A stretch of DNA of 36,470 nucleotides from Octopus bimaculoides (Eukaryota): contig NC_069006.1 of assembly GCF_001194135.2 (NCBI RefSeq), forward strand, positions 4,177,584 to 4,214,053, read 5' to 3'. How positions within the stretch are numbered: position 1 is the first letter of the stretch; the number at the start of each line of letters is the position of its first letter. This document shows, piece after piece, positions 27,901 through 36,470 of the stretch. A model generated the notes under the pieces. The model saw nothing but the letters and a program-made list of their open reading frames with translations, had not been told where the DNA came from and searched no databases. A program made the translations under genes and the position numbers.

Positions 27901-30900
27901 GCATTATCATCATTGTGTTAATGTTTACTTTTCCATGCTTGCATGGATCAGATGGAGTTTATTGAGACAAATTTTCTATGATTAGGTTCCTTTTCCGATG
28001 CCAACCTTCACCTATTTGTTTCCAAGCAAGGTAATATTTCCCCATGGCCAGGCATATTTTTGCAGAATATAAACAACACTGCTTGTATAACAGTGACATT
28101 CATTTACAACTGCCATGCAATATCTAGTCAAAGAGACACAAAAATAAACACACACACATATTCGATGGGCGTCTTTCAGTTTCTGCCAACCAAACTCACA
28201 CGCTTTAGTTGGCCTTGGCCTATAGTAAAAGATATTTGCCCAAGGTGCATTGCAATGGGACTGAACCAGAGACCATGTGGTTAGGAAGAAAACTTCTTAA
28301 CCACACAGCCATGTCTATGCCTCCCCAACAAGAACAAAAGAATGCACTGCATTGCTAATGGATGCTGACTCTAATTTAGAAGATTAAATGTTAGGTGTGA
28401 CTAATCCTGCAACATTTTCATAGATTAAACCATAAAAAATTTCTTTTTAAATACAAGAAAAAAAAGTCCGATTCTGCTACATCTTTAACTGACCAAAATC
28501 AAAGAAATACTCACCGAAGGTTTGATATGCAATCTCTGTGGTTTTTCAGGCTCCACCTTTTGATAAACAGGAATGTCTATTCTGAAATGACATCAACAGA
28601 GACACAGTGATGCAGTTTCTAAAGTCCACAAACTCAGCAGCAGAAAATGGATTTTCCCATATCATAGAAATAGGAAACAACATGAGAGATTTCTTTCGAG
28701 TATGTTGCTACAAATTAATGACATACAAGTGAAAGTATGGCTATGTGATTAAGAACTTTGCTTGCAACCATGTGGTTTTAGATTAAGGCCCATTGCACAG
28801 CACCTTGGGCAATACTATAGCCCTGTGCTAACCAATACCTTGGGAGTGAATTTGATGGATGGAAACTGTGTGGAAGTCCATCATATATATGTGTGTGTGT
28901 GAGTGTATGCATAGGCACATGTATACATGTGTGTGTGTGTCTGTTTGTCTCCCACCACCACTCAACATCTGGTATTGGTTTGCTTACATCCCTGTAACTT
29001 AGCAATTCAGCAAAAGAGACCAATAGGATAAGTGCCGTGTTTAAAAATATGCACTGTGTTAGATTTGCTTGACTGAATCTTTCAAGGTGGTACTCCAGTA
29101 TGGCCATAGTTCAATAACTGAAACAAGTAAAAAAAATAAAAGATTTCTGAACTTAGAAATCTTTGTTATGACTAAAGTGTTATGACTAAAGTGTCAGTTC
29201 TACAGAGTGTATCTAAAATATCCACACATCAGTGTTTAGTCAGTACCCTGAACTAGATCTTAACCATATACAGGGTTGGCCAAAAGTCAGCTGACAGTAA
29301 ATCAAAAATCAAAACCCATGTAATTCTAAGATTAAAACAAAAAATTATTTTATATGAGACTTTGCTAATAAATAGAAAAATCTTGGAAAAAAAAAACTGA
29401 TTTTAATTCACAGGATTCAATTATTAAACAGTCATAATTGAAATGAATAATTAAAATTGAATATTAAGTATTTATGGAATTTTTATTTACTGTCGGGTGA
29501 CTTTTGGCCAACCCTGTAGATATTATCATTGCATTCATTCTCCCATACAAAATATCGACAATGAAGCTGGAGTTTTGATGGTCACTGAATATGTATCCTA
29601 AGTTTGGCAAGAGGAAGACTAGCCACAAGTGCCACAGTATCGTATAGGTTGTTAATGAAGGGAGATATCAATTAGAAGTATTATTGTTACAGATAATGAC
29701 AAAACTAATAAGGGAAAATATAAATGAAAGAATAAACTTACTTCTCAAGAAAGATGAGTAGCCCTCGGACCAGACCTTCAACACACAGCAGATCATACCT
29801 GTTGAGTGGAATTTAATCTTGTAACAGAACATAAATAGAAATCAGTAGGTTGTTTTAATGCTCTTATAACAGTCTTTCAAAAGTCGTTCTTTTAACCCTT
29901 TAACATTTAAACCAGCCATATCTGGCCCAAATATTCTACATGTTATATGTTCAGACCAGACAGTTCTGGCCTCTCACACCTATCCTACAATGTCATTCTA
30001 AAAATACACAGTCACAATATCAACATCTTGAAGCTATAAGATAATGAATGATAAATTTAAACCAACCATATCCAGCCCTAATATTCTACCTATTTTATGT
30101 TCAGACTGGCCAGATCCAACCTCTCACACCTACCCTACAATGTAATTCTGAAAATATACAAACAAACCATTGAAATCTTGAAGCTACAAGATAATTCAAA
30201 ACGATGTCAATAAATAAACAATACATTTGAAGGAATAATCTTCGTCATTGTTTAACATCTGCTTTCCATGCTAGCATGGGTTGGACGATTTGACTGATGA
30301 CTGGCGAACCAGATGGCTGCACCAAGCTCCAATCTGATCTGGCAGAGTTTCTACAGCTGGATGCCCTTCCTAATGCCAACCACTCAGAGTGTGTAGTGGG
30401 TGCTTTTACGTGCGACCGGCACGAAGCCAATCAGGCGGTACTGGCAACGGCCACGCTCAAGTGGTGTTTTTTCTGAATGCTAAAGGGTTAACAAAGAATT
30501 GTTACCAATTTTAGTGAGAAGGTCAGCAATTTCAAGCAGACGGGTTGTGTTGATACTAACAATCCCAGTACTTGAATGGTACTTTATTTTATCAACCCTG
30601 AAAGCCTGAAATGCAAAACTGACCTCACCAGGATTTGAACTCAGAATATACGGAGCCAGAACAAATAACTGCAAAGCATCTTTTTTTTTTTTTTTCCTTC
30701 CGTAACTTGAATGATTCCACTGGATCCACTCACCCACCCATATATAATGTGGGGTAGCCACATATCTTCTCTATAGCAGGATACCTGTGCCTGTTTCTTT
30801 ATTCATACTTTAGCCAACTCCCTCCTCTCTAATACACCCTCACTGAATCGAGAGGCCTTTATTTTTGTCTTGTGAGTTACTTGGCAATCTCACTAGTGAT

Positions 30901-32525
30901 GGTGACATGAAATAAAGCATCCAGTTCATGCTGTAAAGAGGCAGGTGTTAGGAAGAGCATCCAGGTGTAGAAACGAGGTCAAAGTTGACACTGGAGCTCA
31001 ACACACCCCTCTAAACCATTGGATCCTGTTGAACTATCCAACCAATGCCAGCATGATGATGATGCAGTTTATCACAGACTATCAAATTCTTAAAACAGCT
31101 GGTAACAGGACCAGAAAAGCAAAGAACAACAACGATTCCATCACAACAACCAAGAAATCCGAATACTAGGCAGAAGAACAAACAAAAAAAAGAAAAAGTA
31201 ACAGAGGATGAAATAAATAGAAGCAAGGCTTGATATGAAAAACTTAGCTTTTCAAGCGCAAACATACCTGTTAGCTGGAATGTCTATTTTATAAACAATC
31301 TCTTCAGATAAATCGCTGGTCACCTGAGTATCTCCTTGTTCTTTAGCTACCATGGCTTTCTCGGATGTCTATTATTAGAAATGGAAACTATGAAGAAGTT
31401 GGCGAAAAAGGCCAAACAAAAGACGTGGGATAACTAAGGGGTTATGCTTATAGATTTAGGATATTTGAGATAATTATCATTAATTAGGTTATATTTACTG
31501 ATCAAGTATAAATGAATGATAAACTGGTATGGCAGCTTATATTTAGATATCTTTACTTATGTGGTTGACTGGGACAAATGATTTACTGGCTTTCTGTCGG
31601 TAATGATGACAAGAGTTCCAGTTGATCCAATAAACAGAACAGCCTGTTCATGAAACTAATATACAAGTGGCTGAGTACACAACAGACATGCATACCCTTA
31701 ACATAGTCCTTGGGGAGACCCATGTCACCATGGAAAACTGATGTTAAATGATGATGATTCAGCATCACAAAAAATGTGAGAAGGCCAGGCCTTTGAAGTA
31801 CAGTTACAAGTCATTTTTGCCAGCTGAGTGGAGTGGAGCAATGTGTAATAAAGTGTCTTGCTCAAGGATATAGTGCACGACTGGGACTCGAACTCATGGC
31901 TTTACGAATACCCTAACCACTAAGCCATGTGCCTTCACAATCAATGATTCATTACATGAGATTTAACATTGGTTTTATTCAATATTTATCATTTTTCTTG
32001 TATCAGTCATTGGACTGTGGCCATGCTGGGGCACCACCTCGAAGGGTTTAGTCAAAAAACAAATCCATTCCAGTACTTATTCATAAAGGCTGGTACTTGC
32101 TGTATTGGTCTCTTTTGCCAAATTGCTAAGTTATGGGGATGTAAACAAACCAACTCTGGTTGTCAAGTGGTGGTAGAGGACCAAACACAAACAAACACAT
32201 GCGCGCACGTCTTTGTGTTTGGCCTCCACCACGATTTGACAAACAGTGTTGGTTTATTTATGTCCATATGAGCTTCCACACAGTTTCCATCTACCAGATT
32301 CACACTCAAAGGTATCAGTTAGCCTGGGATTTATAATAGAAAACACTTGCCCGAGGTGCTGTGCAGTGGGACTGAACCCAAAACTACATGGATTGCAAAG
32401 TGAGCTTCTCAACCACACTGGCCATGCCTGATGTTGACTTTGAATATACAGGTACAACATATTACTCACCACTTCATCCAATTCAAGTCCAAAGTCAAAA
32501 CAAAGATCTGCAAATTCTTCATCAG
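4312..32525 (-). CDS. FARSB: Phenylalanyl-tRNA synthetase beta subunit; 18 spliced coding exons, 5'-incomplete (ATG exon outside window)
   Basis: Manual translation gives eukaryotic PheRS-beta motifs in order: [108 protein letters not shown]. All junctions are GT-AG and phases match. Exon lengths sum to 1709 nt (2 + 569 codons including stop). Confidence 0.97.
5758..5890 (+). mobile_element. Short decayed RTE-like C-terminal fragment
   Basis: KRGRPKKMW, then frameshifted [16 protein letters not shown]. Confidence 0.5.
5976..6134 (-). CDS. FARSB: FARSB visible exon 17 (159 nt): [25 protein letters not shown]...IKPLE(D)
   Basis: ttgaag| acceptor, G|gtatgt donor. Confidence 0.96.
7450..7567 (-). 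CDS. FARSB: FARSB visible exon 16 (118 nt): [13 protein letters not shown]...LQDPSR(D)
   Basis: ttgaag| acceptor, G|gtgagt donor. Confidence 0.96.
8657..8749 (-). CDS. FARSB: FARSB visible exon 15 (93 nt): [10 protein letters not shown]...NPKTAEFQ
   Basis: gtgtag| acceptor, CAG|gtaagt donor. Confidence 0.96.
8879..9115. mobile_element. Mariner-derived MITE (internally deleted)
   Basis: 22-bp TIRs ttgggttggtgcataattattg (1 mismatch), TA at both flanks, residual C-terminal peptide [14 protein letters not shown] on the minus strand. Confidence 0.85.
9530..9610 (-). CDS. FARSB: FARSB visible exon 14 (81 nt): [27 protein letters not shown]
   Basis: tttcag| acceptor, TTG|gtgagc donor. Confidence 0.95.
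9640..10790 (-). mobile_element. Decayed mariner (DD34D-type) transposon, interrupted by an RTE-tail insertion at about 9850-10127
   Basis: Minus-strand peptides [39 protein letters not shown] (stop, and third catalytic D changed to G), [17 protein letters not shown]; TIR-like end ttgggttggcaaggaagtaat at 9640. Confidence 0.9.
11079..11179 (-). CDS. FARSB: FARSB visible exon 13 (101 nt): [17 protein letters not shown]...ATATQ
   Basis: gctcag| acceptor, CAA|gtaagt donor; B5 acidic Mg-binding motif. Confidence 0.96.
11180..13932 (-). other. U12-type (minor spliceosome) GT-AG intron of FARSB
   Basis: 5' site GTATCCTTT (13932-13924); branch site TTCCTTAAC (11197-11189), followed by only attgctcag to the intron end; no pyrimidine tract. 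Confidence 0.92.
11561..11703. repeat. Near-perfect inverted repeat: 68-bp stem, 6-nt loop
   Basis: 11561-11629 pairs with 11636-11703; one mismatch (11567/11697) and one bulged base (11621). Confidence 0.95.
13933..14036 (-). CDS. FARSB: FARSB visible exon 12 (104 nt): [15 protein letters not shown]...IDIPPTRT(D)
   Basis: tttcag| acceptor, G|gtatccttt donor (U12 type). Confidence 0.95.
15183..15244 (-). CDS. FARSB: FARSB visible exon 11 (62 nt): [20 protein letters not shown](C)
   Basis: catcag| acceptor, TG|gtaagt donor. Confidence 0.93.
16872..17214. mobile_element. Second copy of the piggyBac-like MITE, opposite orientation, left end degenerate
   Basis: Ends taaatgctaaaggg|ttaa; reverse-complement similarity to 29892-30240. 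Confidence 0.7.
17598..17659 (+). repeat. (TAC)n(AAT)n microsatellite. Also (TA)n at 9177-9230 and 11777-11826, and compound TA/CA/CT at about 19615-19935
   Basis: Read directly from the sequence. Confidence 0.95.
17682..17733 (-). CDS. FARSB: FARSB visible exon 10 (52 nt): [17 protein letters not shown]
   Basis: acacag| acceptor, CCA|gtaagt donor; phase fits. Confidence 0.92.
19190..19322 (-). CDS. FARSB: FARSB visible exon 9 (133 nt): [20 protein letters not shown]...FSQYCSNPF(Q)
   Basis: tttcag| acceptor, CA|gtgagt donor; absent from the ORF track, found by hand. Confidence 0.96.
20790..21057 (+). mobile_element. Old RTE-type LINE 3' fragment of a different family, with in-frame stops
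   Basis: [10 protein letters not shown]...[15 protein letters not shown]...[14 protein letters not shown], ending in a (TAAC)n tail. Confidence 0.75.
21149..22690 (+). mobile_element. 5'-truncated RTE-clade LINE spanning a gap: RT fragment plus 3' UTR and (GAT)n tail
   Basis: Open frame with [13 protein letters not shown] and WELLYADDL (RT motifs), then WPCSVC; after the gap, the common 3' tail ...cggacgttaaacgatgatgat. Continuity across the gap is inferred. Confidence 0.85.
22874..23018 (+). repeat. 26-nt minisatellite (about 5.5 units). Related arrays at 5048-5170 and 35047-35190
   Basis: Units start at 22874, 22900, 22926, 22952, 22978, 23004; approximate consensus gtgctttttacgtggcaccatcacca. 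Confidence 0.9.
23421..23529 (-). CDS. FARSB: FARSB visible exon 8 (109 nt): [12 protein letters not shown]...LSLPPIIN(G)
   Basis: tttcag| acceptor, G|gtatgt donor. Confidence 0.96.
23559..23851 (-). mobile_element. Apparently young tRNA-derived SINE with target-site duplication
   Basis: Head gtggaggcgcaaTGGCCCAGTGG...GGTTTCGATTCC; TSD (ac)aatagtaaccat at 23545-23558 and 23850-23863; CpGs retained. Confidence 0.88.
25403..25553 (-). CDS. FARSB: FARSB visible exon 7 (151 nt): [13 protein letters not shown]...ELMDFYA
   Basis: tttcag| acceptor, GCT|gtaagt donor; B3/B4 editing-domain motif GTHD. Confidence 0.96.
25756..26826 (-). mobile_element. Five head-to-tail tRNA-derived SINEs (family B, Deu/Nin-like core). 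Other copies at about 5340-5690, 16075-16275, 18185-18400(+), 20470-20690, 30500-30720, 32560-32740
   Basis: Sense copy at 18185: gagctggcagaatc...gagttcaaattcc...gaggtcaactttgcc...gttgataaattaagtaccag with an (ATT)n tail; core resembles the recalled Deu/Nin domain. Confidence 0.75.
26886..26941 (-). CDS. FARSB: FARSB visible exon 6 (56 nt): [18 protein letters not shown](R)
   Basis: actcag| acceptor, AG|gtgaac donor. Confidence 0.95.
27730..27789 (-). CDS. FARSB: FARSB visible exon 5 (60 nt): [20 protein letters not shown]
   Basis: gaccag| acceptor, AAG|gtttga donor (weaker consensus). Confidence 0.93.
27905..28320 (-). mobile_element. SINE with family-A head, alternative body and RTE-like tail. 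Similar copies at 14056-14550, 8308-8500 and 17950-18140
   Basis: Family-A head at 28160-28320, (TG)n linker, body with ggggaaatattaccttgcttggaaac, tail matching family C. Confidence 0.7.
28515..28581 (-). CDS. FARSB: FARSB visible exon 4 (67 nt): [22 protein letters not shown]
   Basis: tttcag| acceptor, TCG|gtgagt donor; phase fits both neighbours. Confidence 0.9.
29271..29516. mobile_element. Tc1/mariner-type MITE
   Basis: 32-bp TIRs cagggttggccaaaagtca(gc t/ccc)gacagtaaat with 2 mismatches, TA at both flanks. Confidence 0.88.
29742..29798 (-). CDS. FARSB: FARSB visible exon 3 (57 nt): [18 protein letters not shown](K)
   Basis: caacag| acceptor, AA|gtaagt donor. Confidence 0.95.
29892..30491. 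mobile_element. piggyBac-like MITE with a nested RTE-tail insertion (about 30242-30472)
   Basis: TTAA|CCCTTTAACATTTA ... TGAATGCTAAAGGG|TTAA; internal duplicated subunit. Confidence 0.8.
31268..31368 (-). CDS. FARSB: FARSB visible exon 2 (101 nt): [12 protein letters not shown]...YKIDIPAN(R)
   Basis: aatag| acceptor, AG|gtatgt donor, conserved translation. Confidence 0.95.
31590..31940 (-). mobile_element. Additional diverged tRNA-SINE family; related remnant at about 7110-7310
   Basis: Plus-strand aagtgtcttgctcaagga...gactcgaactc...accactaagcc is the reverse of a B/A-box head plus core. Confidence 0.55.
32470..32525 (-). CDS. FARSB: FARSB visible exon 1 (56 nt): [18 protein letters not shown]
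   Basis: ttccag|CT acceptor, GTG|gtgagt donor; starts in phase 1, so an upstream coding exon is required. Confidence 0.95.
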
Positions 32526-32764
32526 CTGGAAAAAAAAAACAGAGTAATAATAATAACAATGGTTTCAAATTTTAGCACAAGGCCAGTGATTTCGAGTTGG
32601 GGGAACAAGTTGATAACATCGACCCCCAAAAAGATGAAAAGTAAAGCCAACCTCAACGGCATTTGAACTCAGAACATAAAAATGAATAAAATGCCACTAA
32701 GCATTTTGCCCAGCATGCTAACGATTCCGCCAGCTTCCCGTTTTACAATAGTAATAATAATGAC

Positions 32765-33042
32765 ACCGCTGGACTGGCTCCTGTGCAGGTGGCACGTAAA
32801 AGACACCATTTTGAGCATGGCCGTTGCCAGTACCGCCTGACTGCCCTTCGTGCCGGTGACACGTAAAAGCACCCACTACACTCTCGGAGTGGTTGGCATT
32901 AGGAAGGGCATCCAGCTGTAGAAACTCTGCCAGATCAGATTGGAGCCTGGTGTAGCCTCCTGGTCCACCGGTCCTCAGTCAAATTGTCCAACCCATGCCA
33001 GCATGGAAAGCGGACGTTAAACGATGATGATGATGATGATGA
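32765..33042 (+). mobile_element. RTE 3'-tail element (family C). Other copies at about 4878-5170, 6608-6800, 9850-10127, 12378-12735, 17355-17527, 22760-23020, 27310-27515, 30242-30472, 30890-31062, 34315-34470, 35035-35358
   Basis: Shared core gtggttggcattaggaagggcatccagctgtagaaac...ccaacccatgctagcatggaaagcggacgttaaacgatgatg, the same as the 3' end of the RT-bearing copy. Confidence 0.88.
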
Positions 33043-33754
33043 AGCTTATTTTAGAGGTGGGGAGTATCAATGTGGATGATTTTGTTCTTCATGCTGACAT
33101 TTTTTTTGCTTTTTGAGAATTGTAATCTACAATACTTAAAACATATACATCTAGCGGAATTAGATAATTCCAGACTCCATTCTACAGGAATGCCCCTTTT
33201 TTCTTGTAACAGACAAAACCATTCAATGTTCATTAACCCCCATCATGCCACATTCCCAGTAAAGTGATAACAAAGAACAAATGTAGAAAGAAGATACAAC
33301 TGATTCTGTCCATTGCTTTGCCTGTAATCATTACTCTTGAACTATTTATTTTTCTGCTTGGGAACCCAGGTGGAGGGTAAGGTTAGACACAAGGGCCCAG
33401 GCTTGAGACAGTTAACTTTGCTCACTGATTACACACACATATATTTCATGATTAGCTAAAGATACAACCATAAACTGCATTTTAATCCATTTTTCAAGTT
33501 TTATTAAATACTAGCTTAAAGCCGCACTCTGTGCAGACATTTAAGTTAGCTCCTGTAGAGTGCTAATTGGGCCTGTGACATAAAACTAATCAGATCTAAA
33601 TAGCATGACTATGATACATCTATAATGAATATATGCCCCGGTGGTGTTTGGTCAGAGGTTAAGGACGGATGAGAATTAATTCTGTAATGCAATTATTTTA
33701 TTGTTCCAGTCCAAGTTGAATTCCAACTGTTGGCCAATTTGTCCCAAAGTTCTT

Positions 33755-34312
33755 ATCATCATCATCATTTAACGTCCACCTTCCATGCTGGCCATGGGTT
33801 GGACGGTTTGACTGAGGGCTGGCAAGCCAGAAGGCTACACCATGCTCCAATCTGATCTGGAAAAGTTTCTACAGCTGGATGCCCTTCCTAATGCCAACCA
33901 CTCAGAGAGTGTGTAGCGGGTGCTTTTACGTGCCACCTGCAAAGGAACCAGTCCAGCGGCACTGGCAACGACCACACTTGAATGGTGTTTTTTACGTGCC
34001 ACTGACACAGGAGCCAGTCAGGCAATGCTGGCAACGATTATGCTTGAATGGTGCTTTTTACATGCCACCGGCATGGGAAACAGTCAGCGGCCCTGACATC
34101 GATCACACTCGAATGGCGCTTATACGTTCCACTGGCACAGGTGCCAATCAGGCAGTACTGTCATTGGCCACGACAATGATTTCACTTGCCTCAACAGGTC
34201 TTTGCATGCGTGGTTTATTGTCCAATGATTGAAGGGGACTCTTAAATGGGCTGGACATGCATAGGCCACGGTTAGGGTCTCACTTGGCTTGCCGGGTTTT
34301 CTCAAGCACAGC
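33755..34312 (-). mobile_element. Longest RTE 3'-end copy: probable last ORF codons plus full 3' UTR with four ~65-nt repeats
   Basis: AVLEKTRQAK* (stop 34282-34280), repeat units starting at 33919/33984/34050/34115, (GAT)n tail at about 33755-33768. Confidence 0.7.
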
Positions 34313-35398
34313 ATATCATCATCATTTAACGTCCGCTTTCCATGCTAGCATGGGTTGGACGATTTGACTGAGGACTGGTGAAACCGGATGGCAACACCAG
34401 GCTCCAATCTAATTTGGCAGAGTTTCTACAGCTGGATGCCCTTCCTAACGCCAACCACTCAGAGAGTGTAAATTTAATGAAGCGAATGTCATCTACCTCC
34501 TCCTTGATTTGATGCCATCTGACAAATGCCAACCGACATGGCAGAATCAGTCAAGCTTTATATGCTAGAAATAGCAACCCAAATACTTTTAAATCAGATC
34601 CCAATGCTGGATGTCCAAGAACCAAATGAAGGGCAGATTTTCAATCCTGAGATCATTCTAATTCCAGAAATGTATAATATGTAGAGCAAATGTAGACTGA
34701 GATACAGGGGTCCCAGATGTACAGACAGAATTTCGCTTTTATTAATATAGATGTAAGCTCTATACATTGGTTAATCACATACATCATTTGTATGAAATAG
34801 CATGATGTCAGTCATCATTTCCGGTTTCTTTTCAAAGTTTATTTCATTATTTTAGGACAATTTACTTTCACTTTCTTCACAACCTTAAACTGCATGTTAA
34901 CCTCTTTAGTTAATGAGGTTCAGAGTTACGTCTCTTCTCTACTGCCAATTGGGTAATGCTATTGAGTATGAAACGAAAATGGAACCACATTGAAATCACA
35001 TGCTGGAATCCTGCAGAATATCTACAAAAATTGTAGTGCTGATGTTACATAAAAAGCAGCCACGCTGACGCCATGTAAGAAGCCCCTATGCTGATTCCGC
35101 GTATAAAGTACCCATGCTGGTGCCAGCATCATGTAAGTAACACCCGTATCAGTGCCATGTAAGAAGCATGTGTGCTGGTACCACATAAACAGAACACAGT
35201 ACACACTGTAAAATGGTTGGCATTAGGAAGGGCATCCAACCATAGAAACCATGCCAAAACAGACGACTGGAACCTGGCGTGACCCTCTGGCTTGCCAGCT
35301 CCTGTCAAACCATCCAACCCATGCCAGTGTGGAAAACGGACGTTAAATGATGACGATGAATGTTTTATTGTTAATAAAAATATATTATAATTTACCAC

Positions 35399-35790
35399 GG
35401 CGCAGGAGTGGCTGTGTGGTAAGTAGCTTGCTTACCAACCACATGGTTCTGGGTTCATTCCCACTGCGTGGCACCTTGGGCAAGTGTTTTCTACTATAGC
35501 CTCGGGCCGACCAAAGCCTTGTGAGTGGATTTGGTAGACGGAAACTGAAAGAAGCCCGTCGTATGAATGTGTATGTGTATGTTTGTGTGTCAGTGTTTGT
35601 CCTCCCAACATCGCTTGACAACCGATGCTGGTGTGTTTACGTCCCAGTAACTTAGCGGTTCGGCAAAAGAGACCGATAGAATAAGTACTAGGCTTACAAA
35701 GAATAAGTCCTGGGGTCGATTTACTCCACTAAAGGCGGTGCTCCAGCATGGCCGCAGTCAAATGACTGAAACAAGTAAGAGTATAAAAAG
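35399..35790 (+). mobile_element. Full-length tRNA-derived SINE (family A). Other copies at about 566-915(+), 1347-1650(-), 7860-8255(-), 11340-11500(+), 13265-13882(-), 15607-15850(-), 18515-19010(+), 28735-29130(+), 31980-32425(-), 35940-36250(-)
   Basis: A box TGGCTGTGTGG, B box GGTTCA(T/G)TCCC, core gcaccttgggcaagtg, internal (TA/TG)n, body ending gactgaaacaagtaa. Confidence 0.88.
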
Positions 35791-36470
35791 ATAATGGAAT
35801 CAGTTTGATTAGTCTTACTAATCACAGATTCCATCATTGGTTGCTAGAATGTTAGTTTACACAACATTATGGAGTCCAAGAAAGTCTACAAAGATTCGAA
35901 GGTGCATAAAATACACCATAAAACGGTATCGCTCACCTTTTATTTGTTTCAGGTCATTAGACTGCGATCATGCTGGGGCACTGCCTTGAGTCGACCGAAT
36001 CGAACCCAATACCTATTTTAAAGCCTAATACTTTGTTCTATCACTTCTTTTGCCGAACCGCTTGGTAACGGGGATATAAACAAACCAATACGGGTACATT
36101 ACATCAAGCAGTAGTGAGACACACATATGCACACACGACGGGCTTCTTCCAGTTTCCGTTTACCAGAACCACGGCTTTGATCGGTCATACAGTAGGCCTG
36201 GACCCGAAGCTATGTGGTTGGGAAGCAGACTTCTTACCACAATGACACACCTGTCCCTGTATTTAACTCAGTCACCAACTCGGTTAACTTTAACCATTAA
36301 CCCAATTTAATTAATCTTTGTAGTCAATCATTTACGTAAAATAATGGTTTAATTGTAAACCGACCGAAGCTTGCTTCTATGTGGTCTCTTTCCGATAACT
36401 TTACCGACGATTGCTGTTAGTCTTGTTTGTCGATTGTTTAACAATTGATATATGAATAATAATATACACG

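Noticed and set aside
35399-35475. tRNA gene
   Set aside because: A/B boxes are followed by SINE core and body in many dispersed copies; these are SINE heads, not tRNA genes.
35925-35940. Minus-strand AAAG|gtgagc donor-like site
   Set aside because: The upstream sequence is a SINE tail and does not encode the FARSB N-terminus.

Overview
AT-rich, repeat-dense eukaryotic genomic DNA with four N gaps. The SINE/LINE repertoire looks like an octopus (cephalopod) genome; this is inferred from recalled repeat families, not from a search. The window is dominated by one minus-strand gene, phenylalanyl-tRNA synthetase beta subunit (FARSB). I could place 18 coding exons (32525 down to 4312, 1709 nt) that splice into one open frame of about 568 aa ending in TAA. 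The first coding exon (about 58 nt, with the ATG) is not in the window and probably lies beyond 36470. One intron (11180-13932) has U12-type (minor spliceosome) signals at both ends and contains a 68-bp near-perfect hairpin. Introns are filled with tRNA-derived SINEs, RTE-type LINE fragments, a decayed mariner transposon and small Tc1/mariner-like and piggyBac-like MITEs, several of them nested. Most ORFs in the supplied track are spurious (gaps, microsatellites, repeats). I found no evidence for a wholly new gene system. The best leads are the U12 intron, its hairpin and the internal tandem-array and modular structure of the retroelements.
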